Source: Nemertoderma westbladi (Eukaryota > Animalia > Xenacoelomorpha). From it: a stretch of 64,000 nt of DNA. Position numbers and translations under genes: made by a program. A model generated the notes under the pieces. That model ran no database searches, was not told where the DNA came from, and saw only the letters and a list, made by a program, of their open reading frames with translations. The DNA lies in the NCBI GenBank assembly GCA_032718475.1, contig JAUCBJ010006853.1:1-64000 (forward strand), written 5' to 3'. This document shows, one piece after another, positions 49,549 through 62,598 of the stretch (the stretch's first letter is position 1; each line of letters opens with the position of its first letter).

Positions 49549-49761
49549 AATCACGTCTCCGTCCACTGCTATACAATATATCATTTACCGGTACATTATA
49601 CACCATTCACTTCAACCGTGCTGTAACCTATCATTGATTATACCCTTATGTCTATATGCATCGATCAACCAACAATCGAACTCTTTTTACATTACGCACG
49701 GCGGGGACCGTAGATTAGAAACCAACCGGATAAATCGGGATCCTTGGTGGATCCCGTCACA
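49191..49761 (+). repeat. 3' LTR (571 bp)
   Basis: Complete LTR followed by TSD GATAT. Confidence 0.95.
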
Positions 49762-49766
49762 GATAT

Positions 49767-52700
49767 TGATATTAATTCGTAGAAACTAGAACAAAAGGAA
49801 ATTAAATACAGACCATAAACTTGAATCGTACTTAAAACGTAACATTCGAACACACCTAACTATGGAATTATCAGATAGTTGTATTCTAGAATATAAACTG
49901 TACACTGATCTACGTCTTATATGTAAGAAAGTAGGAACCCTATTAAATATAAACATTTCTGTTGCACTGCAATTACTGGGGTAATGATGTAATTTCCGAA
50001 AGATCCTGTGGTAAGCGAGCTGTATTGATTTTAATGCACTAACTGTATATACTACGGAAGCCCAAAGTGGCCAGACAACCACACACACATCATTTTTCAT
50101 TTTATGGGGGTTGGGGTATGTGTGTGGTTGTCTGGCCACTTTGGGCTTCCGTAATATACGGACAACAGACTACACCCATAGATACCGGAACAAAATGATC
50201 TAAACAAAGTATTTTTAACTACAGATGAACAATTATTAAATTTCCTAACAATACTGTTACCTCTGCGGTACAGGCTACGAGTTTGATTTTCAATATCTAG
50301 TTTATCATTAATGTTGATATGACCTAGATAAGTAGCACTAGTAACAACCTTGACAACTTCACTATTTAAATACACCGCACTGTGGAAAATCTGTTCTAGA
50401 ACGTGCCTTAAAATATAAACATTTAGTTTTCTTTAAATTAAATGTAAGACAATGATCGTTAGCGTATTTACTTGCAATATCAATTAATTTCTGTAACGCT
50501 AGATTACTTGTTGCCATAAGGGAAATGTCATCTGCGTAAGAAATATTATTAGCTCTACAATTATTAATTTTGCACCCTAAACCACTATTATTTAGTAAAA
50601 TAGTTGGATCATCCATATATACATTATAAAACACAAGAGATATTAAACTACCCTGACGAACTCCATTGGTTACAAAAAATAAACCAGAAAATATCTTTCC
50701 CCATTTAACACATATTTCTTGACGACTATACCAGTAGACGACTAGCCTAAGTACAGATTTCGGCACGCCCTTGTCTAATAACTTAAAAAATAGTAATGAA
50801 TGGTTCACCCTATCAAAAGCCTTTGAGGCATCAATTAAGCATATGTATACGGATGTAATCTGACTTAAATAAAAGTTAACTATTTCCTTCAGTACAAAAT
50901 TGCACAAATCAGTACTATGATTAGCTTTATAACCAAATAGATTATCAGCGACTATTAAATGTGATTTATAACGCGTAAGAATCACTCGTTCTAGAACTTT
51001 AGACAAAATATTCGATATTGCAACTGGTCTATCATTACAGTTATCAGTTAATTTTTCATTCTTGTTTTTTAAAACAGGTACAATATAACTTACAATAAAC
51101 TTTGATGGTAAGTAACTGTTAGACAATGAAGTTGTTAGCAAAAAAGAAATATGCACAGATAACTCGGCTGGTGCATAGAGTAAATGTTCTGCACTTACAC
51201 ATCTGTCCCAATTGCTTTCCCTTCACTTAATTCCTTAATGGCCTCGAAAATTTCTTACGCGCTCACTGCACTATCCTTCGGATTTTCCTCATTGTCGGGG
51301 ATCAAATTATGTACTAGATCTTCCATTTGTTCGTTGCTTTTCTTGGGATCCTGATTAAGCAGCTGACTATACTCAGTGCGCCACATATATCGCATATAGC
51401 CTCTTCACCATTTGCTGTATCTACACTGTCAGGTAGGACTGTATGCTGGTTACTCATCTTGGAGACCTCTATCCAAAAATCATTGGGTTTTCTATGTAAG
51501 AGACTTTCTGCTAATTTGTCAGATTTAATTCTTTCTGCAGTCCTACGACATTAATGAAAAGCTAGTTTGAAAAACGCACGTGTTCTACGCATTTCCACAC
51601 TGATAGGACCATCTCTAGGACTACCGACTGCGCGCCACCATAAGAAGACCTCCCTGGCATGATCGTATTTATCTTTAACCAACTCAGACCAACCTGGCAC
51701 CGAGTGGTCATGTTTATTATCCTTCTCTCCACAAGGACGAGCCGGAATTGATTCCTTAGACGCTCTTAAAATAGCATCAACAATATTCTCATAATAGTCA
51801 TCTATTACCTGAGTACGATTATCATCACTAATGTCAATGAATGTGTTGGAAAGAACGCTGTACGGAATATCTATACTTTTCAGTTCCTTAATTAAAACAC
51901 TTTTATATGAGTTTAAATGACAAGACGTTGCGCGAGACCAGTCTCTACTGGGGGATTTTGAGAAACAAAAAATACCGGATCCTGAACTTTCTAGAGTTTT
52001 ACCTGGTGGAATTCCCGCGTCGCAAAAGCGTAACTCCGAATTCAAAGATAGTATCATAGATATTGGTATGTGATCGGAAATTACTAATTCCGGGAATGTT
52101 GATACGTGAAACACTTTAGAGTCCATAGAACCGCTACATACGATGTGGTCTAGCCAATATGTAGTATGATGGGCTGAACTGACAAATGTATGTGTAACTG
52201 TTGGTAGACGTTCAAAATCTCTCCATGTGAGCCCGGCATTTTCTACAAAATATTTTATAAAATTACCAAAGTTCCGTCTTGAGGGGTCACCATTGAAATC
52301 TCCTACAATAGCAATTAAAGGACTGTTCATCTCATCTATGAGGGAAGTGAGGGTACCCAAGTAATCCAGTTAATCGTCTACATTTTCTGGACATTCGTAT
52401 GGAAGATACACGTTAAACAAGTAAATATTAGGTTCAGTTTCAGGTGTATTAATTACTGCAATTCTAATCCTATCATCACCAATATCCTTTAAAATTTCAA
52501 TAATTTTTCCCAATACTTTACGCCACAAAAATGCTAGTCCGCCATATGGCCTTCCAATTAGTAATTGTTCCTGTAAGTCAACCGGACTAAATCCCTCTGC
52601 ATAAAAATTATGTAAAATTGTTTGTAAAAAACCAAGTTCCTGTTTGGGGAGCATAATCTCCTGTAAACAAATAATATCGGCAAAACTACATAAACCTTTT

Positions 52701-52775
52701 ATAGGCACCTCTGACAGAGTTGCAGTTATATTATACTATGTTAAGGCTTCTAGATACTTGAAAATTCACCATTTA
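49767..52775 (-). mobile_element. LINE ORF2 pseudogene (APE endonuclease + RT), RTEX-like
   Basis: DIICLQE, GRPYGGLAFLW, IVGDFNG, WLDHI, ISDHIPI (APE); LIDASKAFDRVNH, GVRQG, ISYADDI, YLGH (RT). Several stops and frameshifts. The clade assignment is tentative. Confidence 0.88.
50053..50153. mobile_element. 101-bp IS3EU-like MITE inside the LINE
   Basis: TIR of about 33 bp starting TACGGAAGCCCAAAGTGGCC. 6-bp TSD ATATAC. TAYGG termini with a 6-bp TSD is the described IS3EU signature. Confidence 0.8.
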
Positions 52776-52873
52776 TGAAAAATTTAATAAAGAACAGATA
52801 AAAAAAAAATATCAAACATAATGAAAATGAACAATATCAAAAATAAACAAAAATATCAAATATCTAATATACA

Positions 52874-53110
52874 TACAATATTGCAATGTTCTAGAGTTAA
52901 TATACGGAAATAATAACCTGAAGCGAATAAGACTGAATAATCACTGATGCCGTTCCAGAAGCAAATTAACCTGTATAATTACCGAGGCCGCAGGCCGAGG
53001 TTATTATATTAGGTTAATTTGCTGAAGGATAAGGCAGAAGTGATTATTACAGTTTTATTCGCTGAAGGTTTTTATTTCCGTATATTAACTCTAGAACATT
53101 GCAATATTGT
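52874..53110. mobile_element. Palindromic non-autonomous element (Crypton-like)
   Basis: About 45-bp inverted arms (ACAATATTGCAATGTTCTAGAGTTAATATACGGAAATAA) around a central ACCGAGGCCGCAGGCCGAGGT motif. The family is inferred. Confidence 0.55.
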
Positions 53111-53933
53111 GTTTATTGTTAATTTGAGCATATTGAACGAACAACATGACAGCTTACTTTATACAAAAATTTATCATGTAATGAGTCCACAATATGTCCC
53201 AGAACATAAATCACTAGCCAAAACAGCTATACAAAGGCACAATTATGGTGACACGGGTTAGTTACACTAGAACCCCCCCCCCCCCCCCCCCCACAGTAAA
53301 ATTTAATTAAATTAATAAGATGGCAAACAACGAAAAGATCTAAGTTTTTTATGCCGTTTCTATCTAATTTAATGATGCTCGCATGGCTTATGTTGAGGTC
53401 AGTTTGTAATACGAGTTATCATTCTTACGAATACTGGAGTAGAATTTAAAGTGCCAATCTGTCAATCTTATTGAGATGGTCATTTTGCTTAATGTGAAAT
53501 ATTTAGCTATAGTATATTATTGAAATAAACCGTAGCAAGTTTAGTATATTGGTGTACCATAGGATAATACATAAAATTATATGAATATACTGAAACATAT
53601 AATTTCTAGAATCCCGTAACAGAGCGATTTCTAAGAAAAGAGTATAATTTTATGAAAAATGGTATAATACAACAATTATAGAACATTTATTTAAAATTAT
53701 ACGATTATAATTTTAGCTAGTTTCCGTAGCAATATGCGAAAACTCCAACTGGTACACCTCGACTGTAACCGGAATCACCGCATTCAATGAATGGCACACT
53801 GCGGCCAAACACTGCCATCCAACAGCTTCTCCGAGTGAGACAGTTTCGCCACAATTATAAATGAATTATAAGAGAGTTTCGAACGTTCTCCCTGTAGCAT
53901 TCCCTTTAGCACCCAGCGCTTTGCAAGTGATAT

Positions 53934-54378
53934 TGTGACGGGATTGAGTTCTGTGATCCCGACCGGGTAAGGTTGTACGCGTCACTTCGCTGCTGGGCTG
54001 CTGAACTATATCTTTGGCCGAAGGCCGTTGGGGAAATATAACACAGTTTGGTTTCTCAGTGTTAATAGTTCCAGTGATAATAGCACAGTATGTATAATAA
54101 ATAATTATAGAAATTGCAATACAGAATGATGACAGCAGTATATGAAATGACGGTCAAAACTATGCCGGTCTGCAACTGTGTGATTAATGAACTGACCGGT
54201 AAATCAGTAATCAGAGTAACTATATGATTGATACATATTGGTTTGAGCTCTACACTACTGTGGCCTTTGCTACCCAATGGATGCCCTTCTATCCTTCCCC
54301 ACATGCTTCCCTGCCCGCTATTGGCTTATATACTACGTACTATATACATATATATACTATACTTATATACTATATAAA
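53934..54378 (-). mobile_element. Partial LTR-like sequence of the same terminal family
   Basis: TGTGACGGGAT...GATCCCGACCGG start, as at 32014, and a shared GGCCGAAGGC motif. It is interrupted by the RTE, and the other end was not found. Confidence 0.45.
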
Positions 54379-55955
54379 AGGCTGCTGCAAAGAGCATTAA
54401 GACCAATCGTGCCAGTGGAGTAGATGGTGTTCCCCCTGAGGTCTTTAAAATACCTGAGTGTTTAAAGCTCATCTATCCCATCATAGTAGACATGTACCGA
54501 ACAACAAGAGTCCCACAAGAAATGAAAACAAATAAGTTGGTGCCAGTTCCCAAGAAGGGCAACCTAACACTCTATGGTTCTTTTCGGGGAATCTCATTGA
54601 TCTCAATTGCTGCAAAGCTATACAATAGAATTATATTAAATCGCATCAGAGATCGCATTGAGAGACTGCTCCGTGGAAATCAGAATGGGTTCCGTAAAGG
54701 TCGTGGGACCATGGAGCCCATTTTGGCACTTAGAAGGATAATTGAAGAGTTATCAAAAAACAAAGACAGGCATCTGGCTGTTATCTTTGTTGACCTCTTC
54801 AAGGCCTTTGATTCAGTCTCTCGCTCACGTATGTTCAGCATACTTTCATTATATGGGATTCCTGATAAAATTATTGCAGCAATCAGATCAGTATACGATG
54901 GTTCGACAACATTTGTGTCTACTGTTGACGGTGACACAGAACCATTTGAAGTGTTATGGGGTGTCCTCCAGGGAGACACACTTGCACCATTCTTGTTCAT
55001 AATTGTTGTTGACTATGTTCTACGCATCTCCTTAGATCATCATAATGATGATGGGGTGATGATAACTCCACCTACTGGCTCCAGAAGTCGAGGAAATCCT
55101 GCCAAGTACCTAACTGATTTAGACTTGCTGATGACTTAGGAGTACTCTCAGAATCACTAGAGGGAGCCCAACGGCTGCTCAGCTCATTAGAACATGCTGC
55201 TTCTAGTGTTGGTCTTTTTATTAACTCCAGAAAGACCAAAATTTTGACAGTTAACTTTGAAAGTCCTCAGCAAGTCTCTGATCGGATGAGCATAAGCTCA
55301 AAAGATGGTATGCTTGAGCATGTGGATGTCTTCTGTTACCTGCGATCATGGATCCGGAAGTCAGGTGAGGACCTTCGAATACGTAAGGGAAAGGCATGGG
55401 CAGCCTTGAATAGGCTTTCCAGGATTTGGAAGTCACCGAGAATTAATCGGAAACTTAAGGTCCGATTATTTAGAGCAGCAGTAGTTCCAGTACTCCTCTA
55501 TGGGAGTCCATGCTGGGCTCTAACTGCTGAGGACACCAAATTTCTGGATGGCACATTCACAAGAATGCTACGCCGGGTTCATTGTGTCAAGTTCAATGCA
55601 CACATCTCCAACCAGAAGACACTATATAACATTGGAGGTGTCTCATTGGTTCCCCCAAGCTTGACACTAGAACAAAGTCGCCTCAGCTATGCCGGACATT
55701 ATTTTCGCCATGAGAACCAGCCAGTGTATAATCTTGTGCTTTGGCAGGGTTATGGAGTGAATAAGCATGATGGACAGCCCATGACCTTCTTGAGACGCAT
55801 CTTAAAGGACACTGGCCTTGAAGATGTGGATGATCTAGCAAATGTCATGGGTGATAGGGAGTTGTTGCCGCGCAATTTTGTCGACAAGCCGGCACAGTAT
55901 TCTTAAATTTGTAGCTGCAATGCAGCATGCCGATCCTAGTAGTAGTAGTAGTAGT
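54379..55955 (+). mobile_element. 5'-truncated RTE-clade LINE (RT domain, frameshift in the ADD motif, (TAG)n tail)
   Basis: ASGVDGVP, LVPVPKKG, FRGISL, QNGFRKGRGT, FVDLFKAFDSV, GVLQGDTLAPFLF. Tail TAGTAGTAG at 55937-55955. Confidence 0.93.
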
Positions 55956-56443
55956 ACCACCTGTATCAACCACCATCCGTAAACGCAAATCAAAATTCAG
56001 TAATGGGCAAGTAAAGACGAGGTCATACCAAATCTGAACTTGAGAGAAACGAAATTGCGACAACTATGGAGAATCGGGAAGCCTGGAAGGATCTCATTTC
56101 CACTGTCCGAGTTCGGACTGTGGTATTAAAATTCTAAATTCTAGTTGTATTAGTAGCACAGTAGCTCCCTTATCCTCCCCTATGCCTGCTCTCCATATAT
56201 GGCCTAATATAAATATATATTAATATTAAAAATATAAAAATATAAAGTAGTTCTTAAATGCCTAAATTACCGCTAACCTTTGTTTATTACCAGGAAGAGA
56301 AAGTAAACGACCTTCTGTGTCCAACTGACTGTAACACGACCTATTCCAATCGGAATCTACCCCATTATTTATAGGAGTACTCGGTAACCTTGGAGACGGA
56401 ATAGGTAATGTTACCAAATGTTCAACTGTACAGTAACAACTAT

Positions 56444-56587
56444 TTACATACTGGTGTGTAAATTAGCATTTTACAGTGTGATGATCCAGGTGGCATGGTT
56501 ACACGAACGAACGTTAGTGAGTGAGTGAAAATAAAGCCACGAGGATCAGAACACTGTACAGTAAAGTACTTTGCAACAAGTATGTAT
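56444..56587. repeat. Imperfect palindrome (possible Crypton-like relic)
   Basis: ACATACT..TACAGTGT..GATCC..GTGGC is mirrored by GCCAC..GGATC..ACACTGTA..AGTATGT. Confidence 0.45.
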
Positions 56588-57049
56588 GTAGTTTTATTCC
56601 AAAATTTTAACATTACGAAATGATTGTAAATGTAATGATATTATAAGTGATAGAAACTGAACAAATTAAATTAGTGGCTGCATAAATAAATGTAAAAATG
56701 ACATAAATTATGTTATAAATAAGTTAGCTTATATTTATGGTGGCGTTTGGAGCCATATTAATAGTTAATAGCTACTGGTTATTAATAGCTACCGGTACGT
56801 AATGTAGTAGGTAGTAGAATCTTTAGAGATAGCCGGCTACAATCATAGTAGCAACCACTCCTGCTCTGCCATCAACAGTTCGAAGCACTCCACAATGAAC
56901 ATCAGAAGTTACAACAGAAGTTACAGGAGGTCGCAGGCTATAGCAAACAGGCATCCACAATCACTTCACAAGTTACTGCTAAACAACAATGGGCTCCTAG
57001 TCGTCTCCCGCCTCTTTCTAAACCATATAAACTAAGTTATCAGTCGTCT

Positions 57050-59521
57050 ACTAAACTTTATAGTGTAACTGTAACAAAATACTCACCTATGTCCACTGTC
57101 CAGTGTCCACTGCCTCATCTGAGAAGATACTTACATCCCTTCAAGGGGCGCAATGTTTCCAGCGTGCTTCTATCTTCATCAACGGGATTGATAGAAAGAA
57201 TGGTGAAAGTGACATAACTAACTACCTGGCACTGAGGAAAATTAAGGTTTATCGGATCACAATGCGAATAAACAGGAGCACTGACTCATGCAATGCCCAT
57301 ATAGTTGTAAACTTATCGGATAAGGATAAGGTAATCAAACCTGGTTTCTGGCCCCCTGGCATAACTAGTCGGGAATGGAGGCATAACTAGTCGGGAATTG
57401 ACACATAACCCAACAAACCATACTAATTGAACCAATAATGTCACGTACAAGCCAGGTAGCAGACTACATGACCAAGCACTATATCAGCAGCGCCATAATG
57501 AATGTAACTTCAGTGCGACAAATAAACCATATACCTGCAACAGACCTGACACTCAGCGCCCTAACAAGCAAGCAATGATAGCAAGCTCTATACACCCTTC
57601 CAGGCTCACATTAATCCAGAACAAATCCACACCCCACTCGGCCCAACCGCACTATATTTAACACTGAAACCGAAGCGGTCAGCGGCAGCAGTTGTAACTC
57701 TTACAGAGATAACAACAAACTCACATGTTGTACATTTAATACGAGAGGACTATGTTCTAACATCGCATACATTAAGGATCTTTTAGCTAATTGCAACATA
57801 TTGAGCCTGACTGAGCATTGGCTGGACACTGTGGAATGTGCTTCTCTGTTGCAAGATAACATGAATGAGTGTCTTATTGGCACAAACTTTTATTGTGTAT
57901 CCTCTGTCAGCAATTGAATGAATAATCCTAATAGGAAAAGAGGTGCTGGTGGAGTTGCGTTAATGTTCAGGAAAGATGTAGTTATGGAGTGGTCCAAAGT
58001 TGAATCGGAGGATGTCATTGTTGGCATCATTGTAAGTCTGGCAGGGGAACTTTCTTAATACTTTCTTGCTATGCGCCAGATAGTAGCAAGGGTATGATCG
58101 AATATGCCGAATATCTTGGTAGACTTGAGGCCCTCATATCTGAATACAACACAGCAACTCCCATTATATTAGCCGATACTAACGCTGACCTTGGTGATTT
58201 GCAAGTTAATAGATATGTTGCTCACAGTCCCTCCACATGTAGGCGGACACTGGACACATGGCTTCATAGTATGAGTCTCATAGCTATTGATACATTCACT
58301 GACTATTTTTATGGCCCCTGCATAACTTTCCGAGGCAACGGTGTCTCTTATATTGATCATATCCTCGTCCCCACTTATTTCTCTGATAGTGTTATCAGGG
58401 GACATATCTATAATGCAGACCCCACTTTCAATTATTCTGATCATGTCCCTGTTATAGTAGAAATCCGGTGCAACAAACACATCAAGGACACTCCAACCCC
58501 ACATCAACAAATCAAATTATCACACCAAACAAGATTTGCCTGGCACAGGGCAACAGATCATCAAAAAACCAATTACATTACCTCAGTTGATAGTGCCCTA
58601 AATCGCACTCAGTTCACCCTCGATGATAGCGATCACTCACCCTCAGCTCTAAATGATGCCACTGTAAGAATGAGAGACGCTATAGTAGCCAGTGCTCTTG
58701 CCAATATTCCCATTATCAAACCTGCTCGGCTTTCAAAGAACCTACGAATTCGGTCAAATTTGCTGCAGAGTAGGAGCCGTGTCACTAAGGACCTCTACGA
58801 ACTGTGGCAGGACCGCGGAAAACATCCCACCGATCCTATACCTGAACAATTTAAAGCGTCTAAGAGATCTACACGTCGGCTCAATAACTTTCTCACGAAA
58901 AATCTGGTTGCGGACTCTGTAAATAAATGGTCAGGTCAGATAGACTCAAACCCCCGTAGATTCTGGTCCAACATCACCACCAAGATCCAACACAACTCAA
59001 CCCCTGAATTGCAGGAGAAACTTTACAGCCATTATCAATCTAAATTTAAAGGCTCGGTCTCATCTGCCACCAAGAGGGATGATACTCTACTTCAGGAAGA
59101 ACTCACCGACGCATGTAGGAACTCGCCTCTCCCAAATATTTCACCACTGACTGTAAAGAGCTCTATCCTATCTCTGGCTAAAGGTAAAGCCTGTGTCTCC
59201 TCTTCACTCACAGTCGAGAACCTACTGAACCTAAACCCTGAACCGTTGTGCAACCTTTTAGCTAATATATATAACTTCTGCATTGAGCTAAAAACTCTCC
59301 CCTCTCACTTCGGACATAGTGCCCTCAGTAGCCTATATAAGGGTAAAGGCAAAGATCCACGCAAGCCTTCATCCTATAGACCAATCTCATATATCAAAAT
59401 ATTCGCCAAGATCCTCGAACACATTATCCTTGCAAAGTACTTATACACCTGCATCACCCATACAAACCAGACTGCATACAAAACGGGTCACGGCACTGTC
59501 ACGGTAATTTTTGATATTTGA
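57050..59521 (+). mobile_element. LINE with an ORF1 remnant and ORF2 (APE endonuclease to RT start), 3'-truncated
   Basis: ORF1 C-terminal FWPPGITSREW. ORF2 motifs TFNTRGL, LTEHWL, RGAGGVA, ADTNAD, SYIDHI, YSDHVPV, SSYRPIS, QTAYK. Confidence 0.88.
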
Positions 59522-59700
59522 TATTTATTTCTTTCTGTTGGTTACATATACAAATTTTAACAAATACATATTAACAACATTAAGCAATAAAATTTAACCA
59601 ATATTTAAAAAAAAAGAAAAAAATTTATAGTGTGAGACGACCACCACAGAAGACTAATAGCCAGGCTAGTGCCGTCATGCTGTGGTGGCCAGAACCAACA
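59505..59700 (-). mobile_element. Probable 3' end (tail and stem-loop) of an L2/CR1-group LINE
   Basis: TTTGATATTTGATATTTATT tail and a GACCACCACAG...CTGTGGTGGC stem-loop. Confidence 0.4.
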
Positions 59701-59909
59701 GGGGGGGGGGGGGGGGGGGGGGTGCCTGGTCCTTTTGAAATTTCGAATGTAGGCCTATATTACCGAACACATACACGAATGTATTGTGTAACGTAAATCA
59801 AACAGTTTAACAACATTGTGGTTCGCATATATTTTAATTCTGTTTCAATTTTTCAAAGTTTCAACAATCACATCAAGGACACCCCAACCCTACATCAACA
59901 AATCAAATT

Positions 59910-61487
59910 AAAGACGGCGTCGAGACGCCGTGAAGGAACCGAAGTTAAACCAAACCGAAACTAATATTTTTACAGGCCATAAGCCGCTAACTATTTTTTT
60001 CAGGATATCAACTCTAAACCAGTTTCGAATCTGAGCGCCTGTTTACAAATCTGTATTTCCGCATTACGAATCAATGTGTTTGGTTAAAAATATGAGCACC
60101 TTGTCACGAATTGATGTCCCTGGTTACAATTTGTTACAAATGGTTGCAAATATGAGCACCCAGTATCAGCCAGCACTACCTATACTAATACTATAATTTG
60201 CACGTATGTTCAGCATTTATAATAAAAAATTGCACCAAGGTAGTGAACAAAGGAGACAGGGTGGAAAGTGGACGCAAAACCCACCTTGGCGAATTAATAT
60301 CCCGCCTCAATGTTAAATTCTCAATTTAGGGAAAAGAAACTCATATATCTCATAATCTGTTCCTAATAATTATTAAAGCAGTTAGGGCACCATCTCCTGT
60401 CTACATCAAAATTATATATAATACCAAACACCACTCATAGTATTAATGTTGCCAAAACATAATTAGACCTCCAAACTCTGATTTTAATTGAACATTGCAA
60501 CTAGTATTGTTATCAATAGTACCCTACAGTTAGGTTCATATATGGCGAGTCAGAACTGCGAATAACCAGCGAACTTAGGTGTAGGTTTCAGTGTATGTGT
60601 GTGTCGGAAGCCAATATCAGAATATAACTAGCCATAGTATAATTATATTTGTTCGCTGAGAGAGTTAGGCCTCACTCATGTACACTACTCTATAACTAAA
60701 AAGTCATTCAGGTGGCCAGCTTTTCCCAGGAACCTACTGTAATAGACATTCGCATTCATTGAATCCAGGGCAGCAGTTTGTGTTGGATTAAAGAAGCTAT
60801 CAGCTGGGTAAAAAGTTATACAGAGACAGGTAGATTCCACTCTGTATTCCCTCTGGTTTGACAGATTAATATAATTAATGTTTGCCAAGCAAGTCATTAA
60901 CTCACCTCCCTCTCGGATTTTTAAATACATCAATTATTATTTTATTATTAGCTGAGTATAGTACCATTAACGGTAACCAGCACTATGTGTGTAACTAAAA
61001 TTCATTCCGCTGACCCACAACCCACCACCACCTTGTAGATATTCCCTTAGGAAGCACGGGGAAGCGTTATTCAGCTGATGGGATAATAGTAGTAGATTAC
61101 TAACCAAGTTAATGTTTGCTTATAGTCTGGGTTGAAAGAGTGAGTGATTAAATAAAAACTTGGCACAGAAAGTACATCCTTGTTAGTTGGCCCTTTCTCT
61201 ATTGAATAGAATCACTAGGCCCTCTATACATTTTTCATGCGCTCAAGCTGGTGTTTTATCATTGCGCCTATGGCGTTTTTTCGTTTATGACTATTTTTCG
61301 AGCCCACATTCTATGGACAGACATGGGACCAGCGGGAAACGATAGTGGTCATCAAAACATTGCGTTATGCAAAATTTTAACAAAATCGTTAGAGCCGTTT
61401 TTATGTTATTTCGCTTCAAAATATTACTACTATTATTACTACTATTATTACATCAAATTCTTACAGAAAGTAACCTTCGGTTCCTAA
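59910..61487 (-). mobile_element. Helentron-associated (HINE-like) element 1
   Basis: Terminal hairpin CGGCGTC-GA-GACGCCG. Subterminal inverted repeat AGGAACCGAAG/CTTCGGTTCCT. (TAT/TAC)n microsatellite at 61422-61451. Confidence 0.65.
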
Positions 61488-62598
61488 CTAGAGACGGCGT
61501 CAAGACGCCGTTAAGCAAGTCGGAAGTCATCAATCAAATATAAATTCCCTCAACAATGTTTACCTATGGTCAGAATGGAAGGGCTATTTACCTATGGTCA
61601 GAGAGAGATCCCACTCTGTAATTTGGCAAAATTGCTCAAATTCATTCAGTTGAATGGCACAGTAGAGTGAACTAAACTAAATTCCCTCAACAATGTTTGG
61701 CTATGGTCTGAAAGAACTAACAGTCATTCAGCTTGCACAATGTCAATCACCTACAGTATAAAACATTTAGAATGCCAGTGTGTATCCTGATACAGATAAT
61801 AAGCAGTGATATATATATTTCAAACTATAATGTTAGTGTTAGCCTTACACAGTATCAGTATGAGGCTGAGTAAACATTCCACCTTATAAGCATACTGCCT
61901 CCACAGAATTAATGTTGGCCGAAAGATTTAAAAATAAAACAATTATTATTATAAATACAGTGCAATCCAATAGTACCCAACACACTGTGTAACTAACAGT
62001 CAATCAGCTTACACGTCAATTAACATAGAAGAGAGAGTAACCTTGTAGATCGCCATAGAAAGCATTGGGAAGAGTTATTCAGCTGAGGCTGTAATAGCCG
62101 GCTAACCCAGTGAATGATTATAAAGTTGGCACTGTATGTACTTCCTTGTTAGGTGGCTCCCTATAGAATAGCAAACCAACCAGTTGATGTTTGTTTGCAG
62201 AGAGTGGTTGGTAGGGCCTAAACAAACAGTATGGGTGTACTAAGTACAATAATCTTGGCAACCTCATCGATTTATACTAAGCCTTGTGTAGAAATGCATT
62301 ACATAAGCCATTTTTCATCAGGACACCAGCTGTCATGGGTGTTATTTTTTTACCATTGCGCCTATGGCGTTTTTTTCGTTTATCTCTATTTTTCGAGCCC
62401 AGAGGCTATGGACGGAGTAGCCGATCATGCCAGGGACCTTAGAATCGCGGTATCTAGATGCTGTGAAAATTTCATCAAAATCGTTAGAGCAGTTTTGGCT
62501 GTAGATCAGCCAGCCAGTCAGTCAGCCAGTCAGTCAGCCAGTCAGTCAGCCAGTCAGTCAGCTAACAATTCTTACAGTAATCAAGTCTAACGACTTGC
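61488..62598 (-). mobile_element. Helentron-associated (HINE-like) element 2
   Basis: Hairpin CGGCGTC-AA-GACGCCG. Subterminal inverted repeat AGCAAGTCG/CGACTTGCT. (CAGT/CAGC)n microsatellite. Shares CATTGCGCCTATGGCGTTTTTT and AAAATCGTTAGAGC blocks with element 1. Confidence 0.65.

Larger units (their letters stand above)
38367..49761 (+). mobile_element. BEL/Pao LTR retrotransposon, non-autonomous (gag-protease only), with triplicated 3' end
   Basis: TG...CA LTRs at 38367-38939 and 49191-49761. 5-bp TSD GATAT. G-rich PPT before each 3' LTR. BEL-type Gag and protease motifs. Confidence 0.93.
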
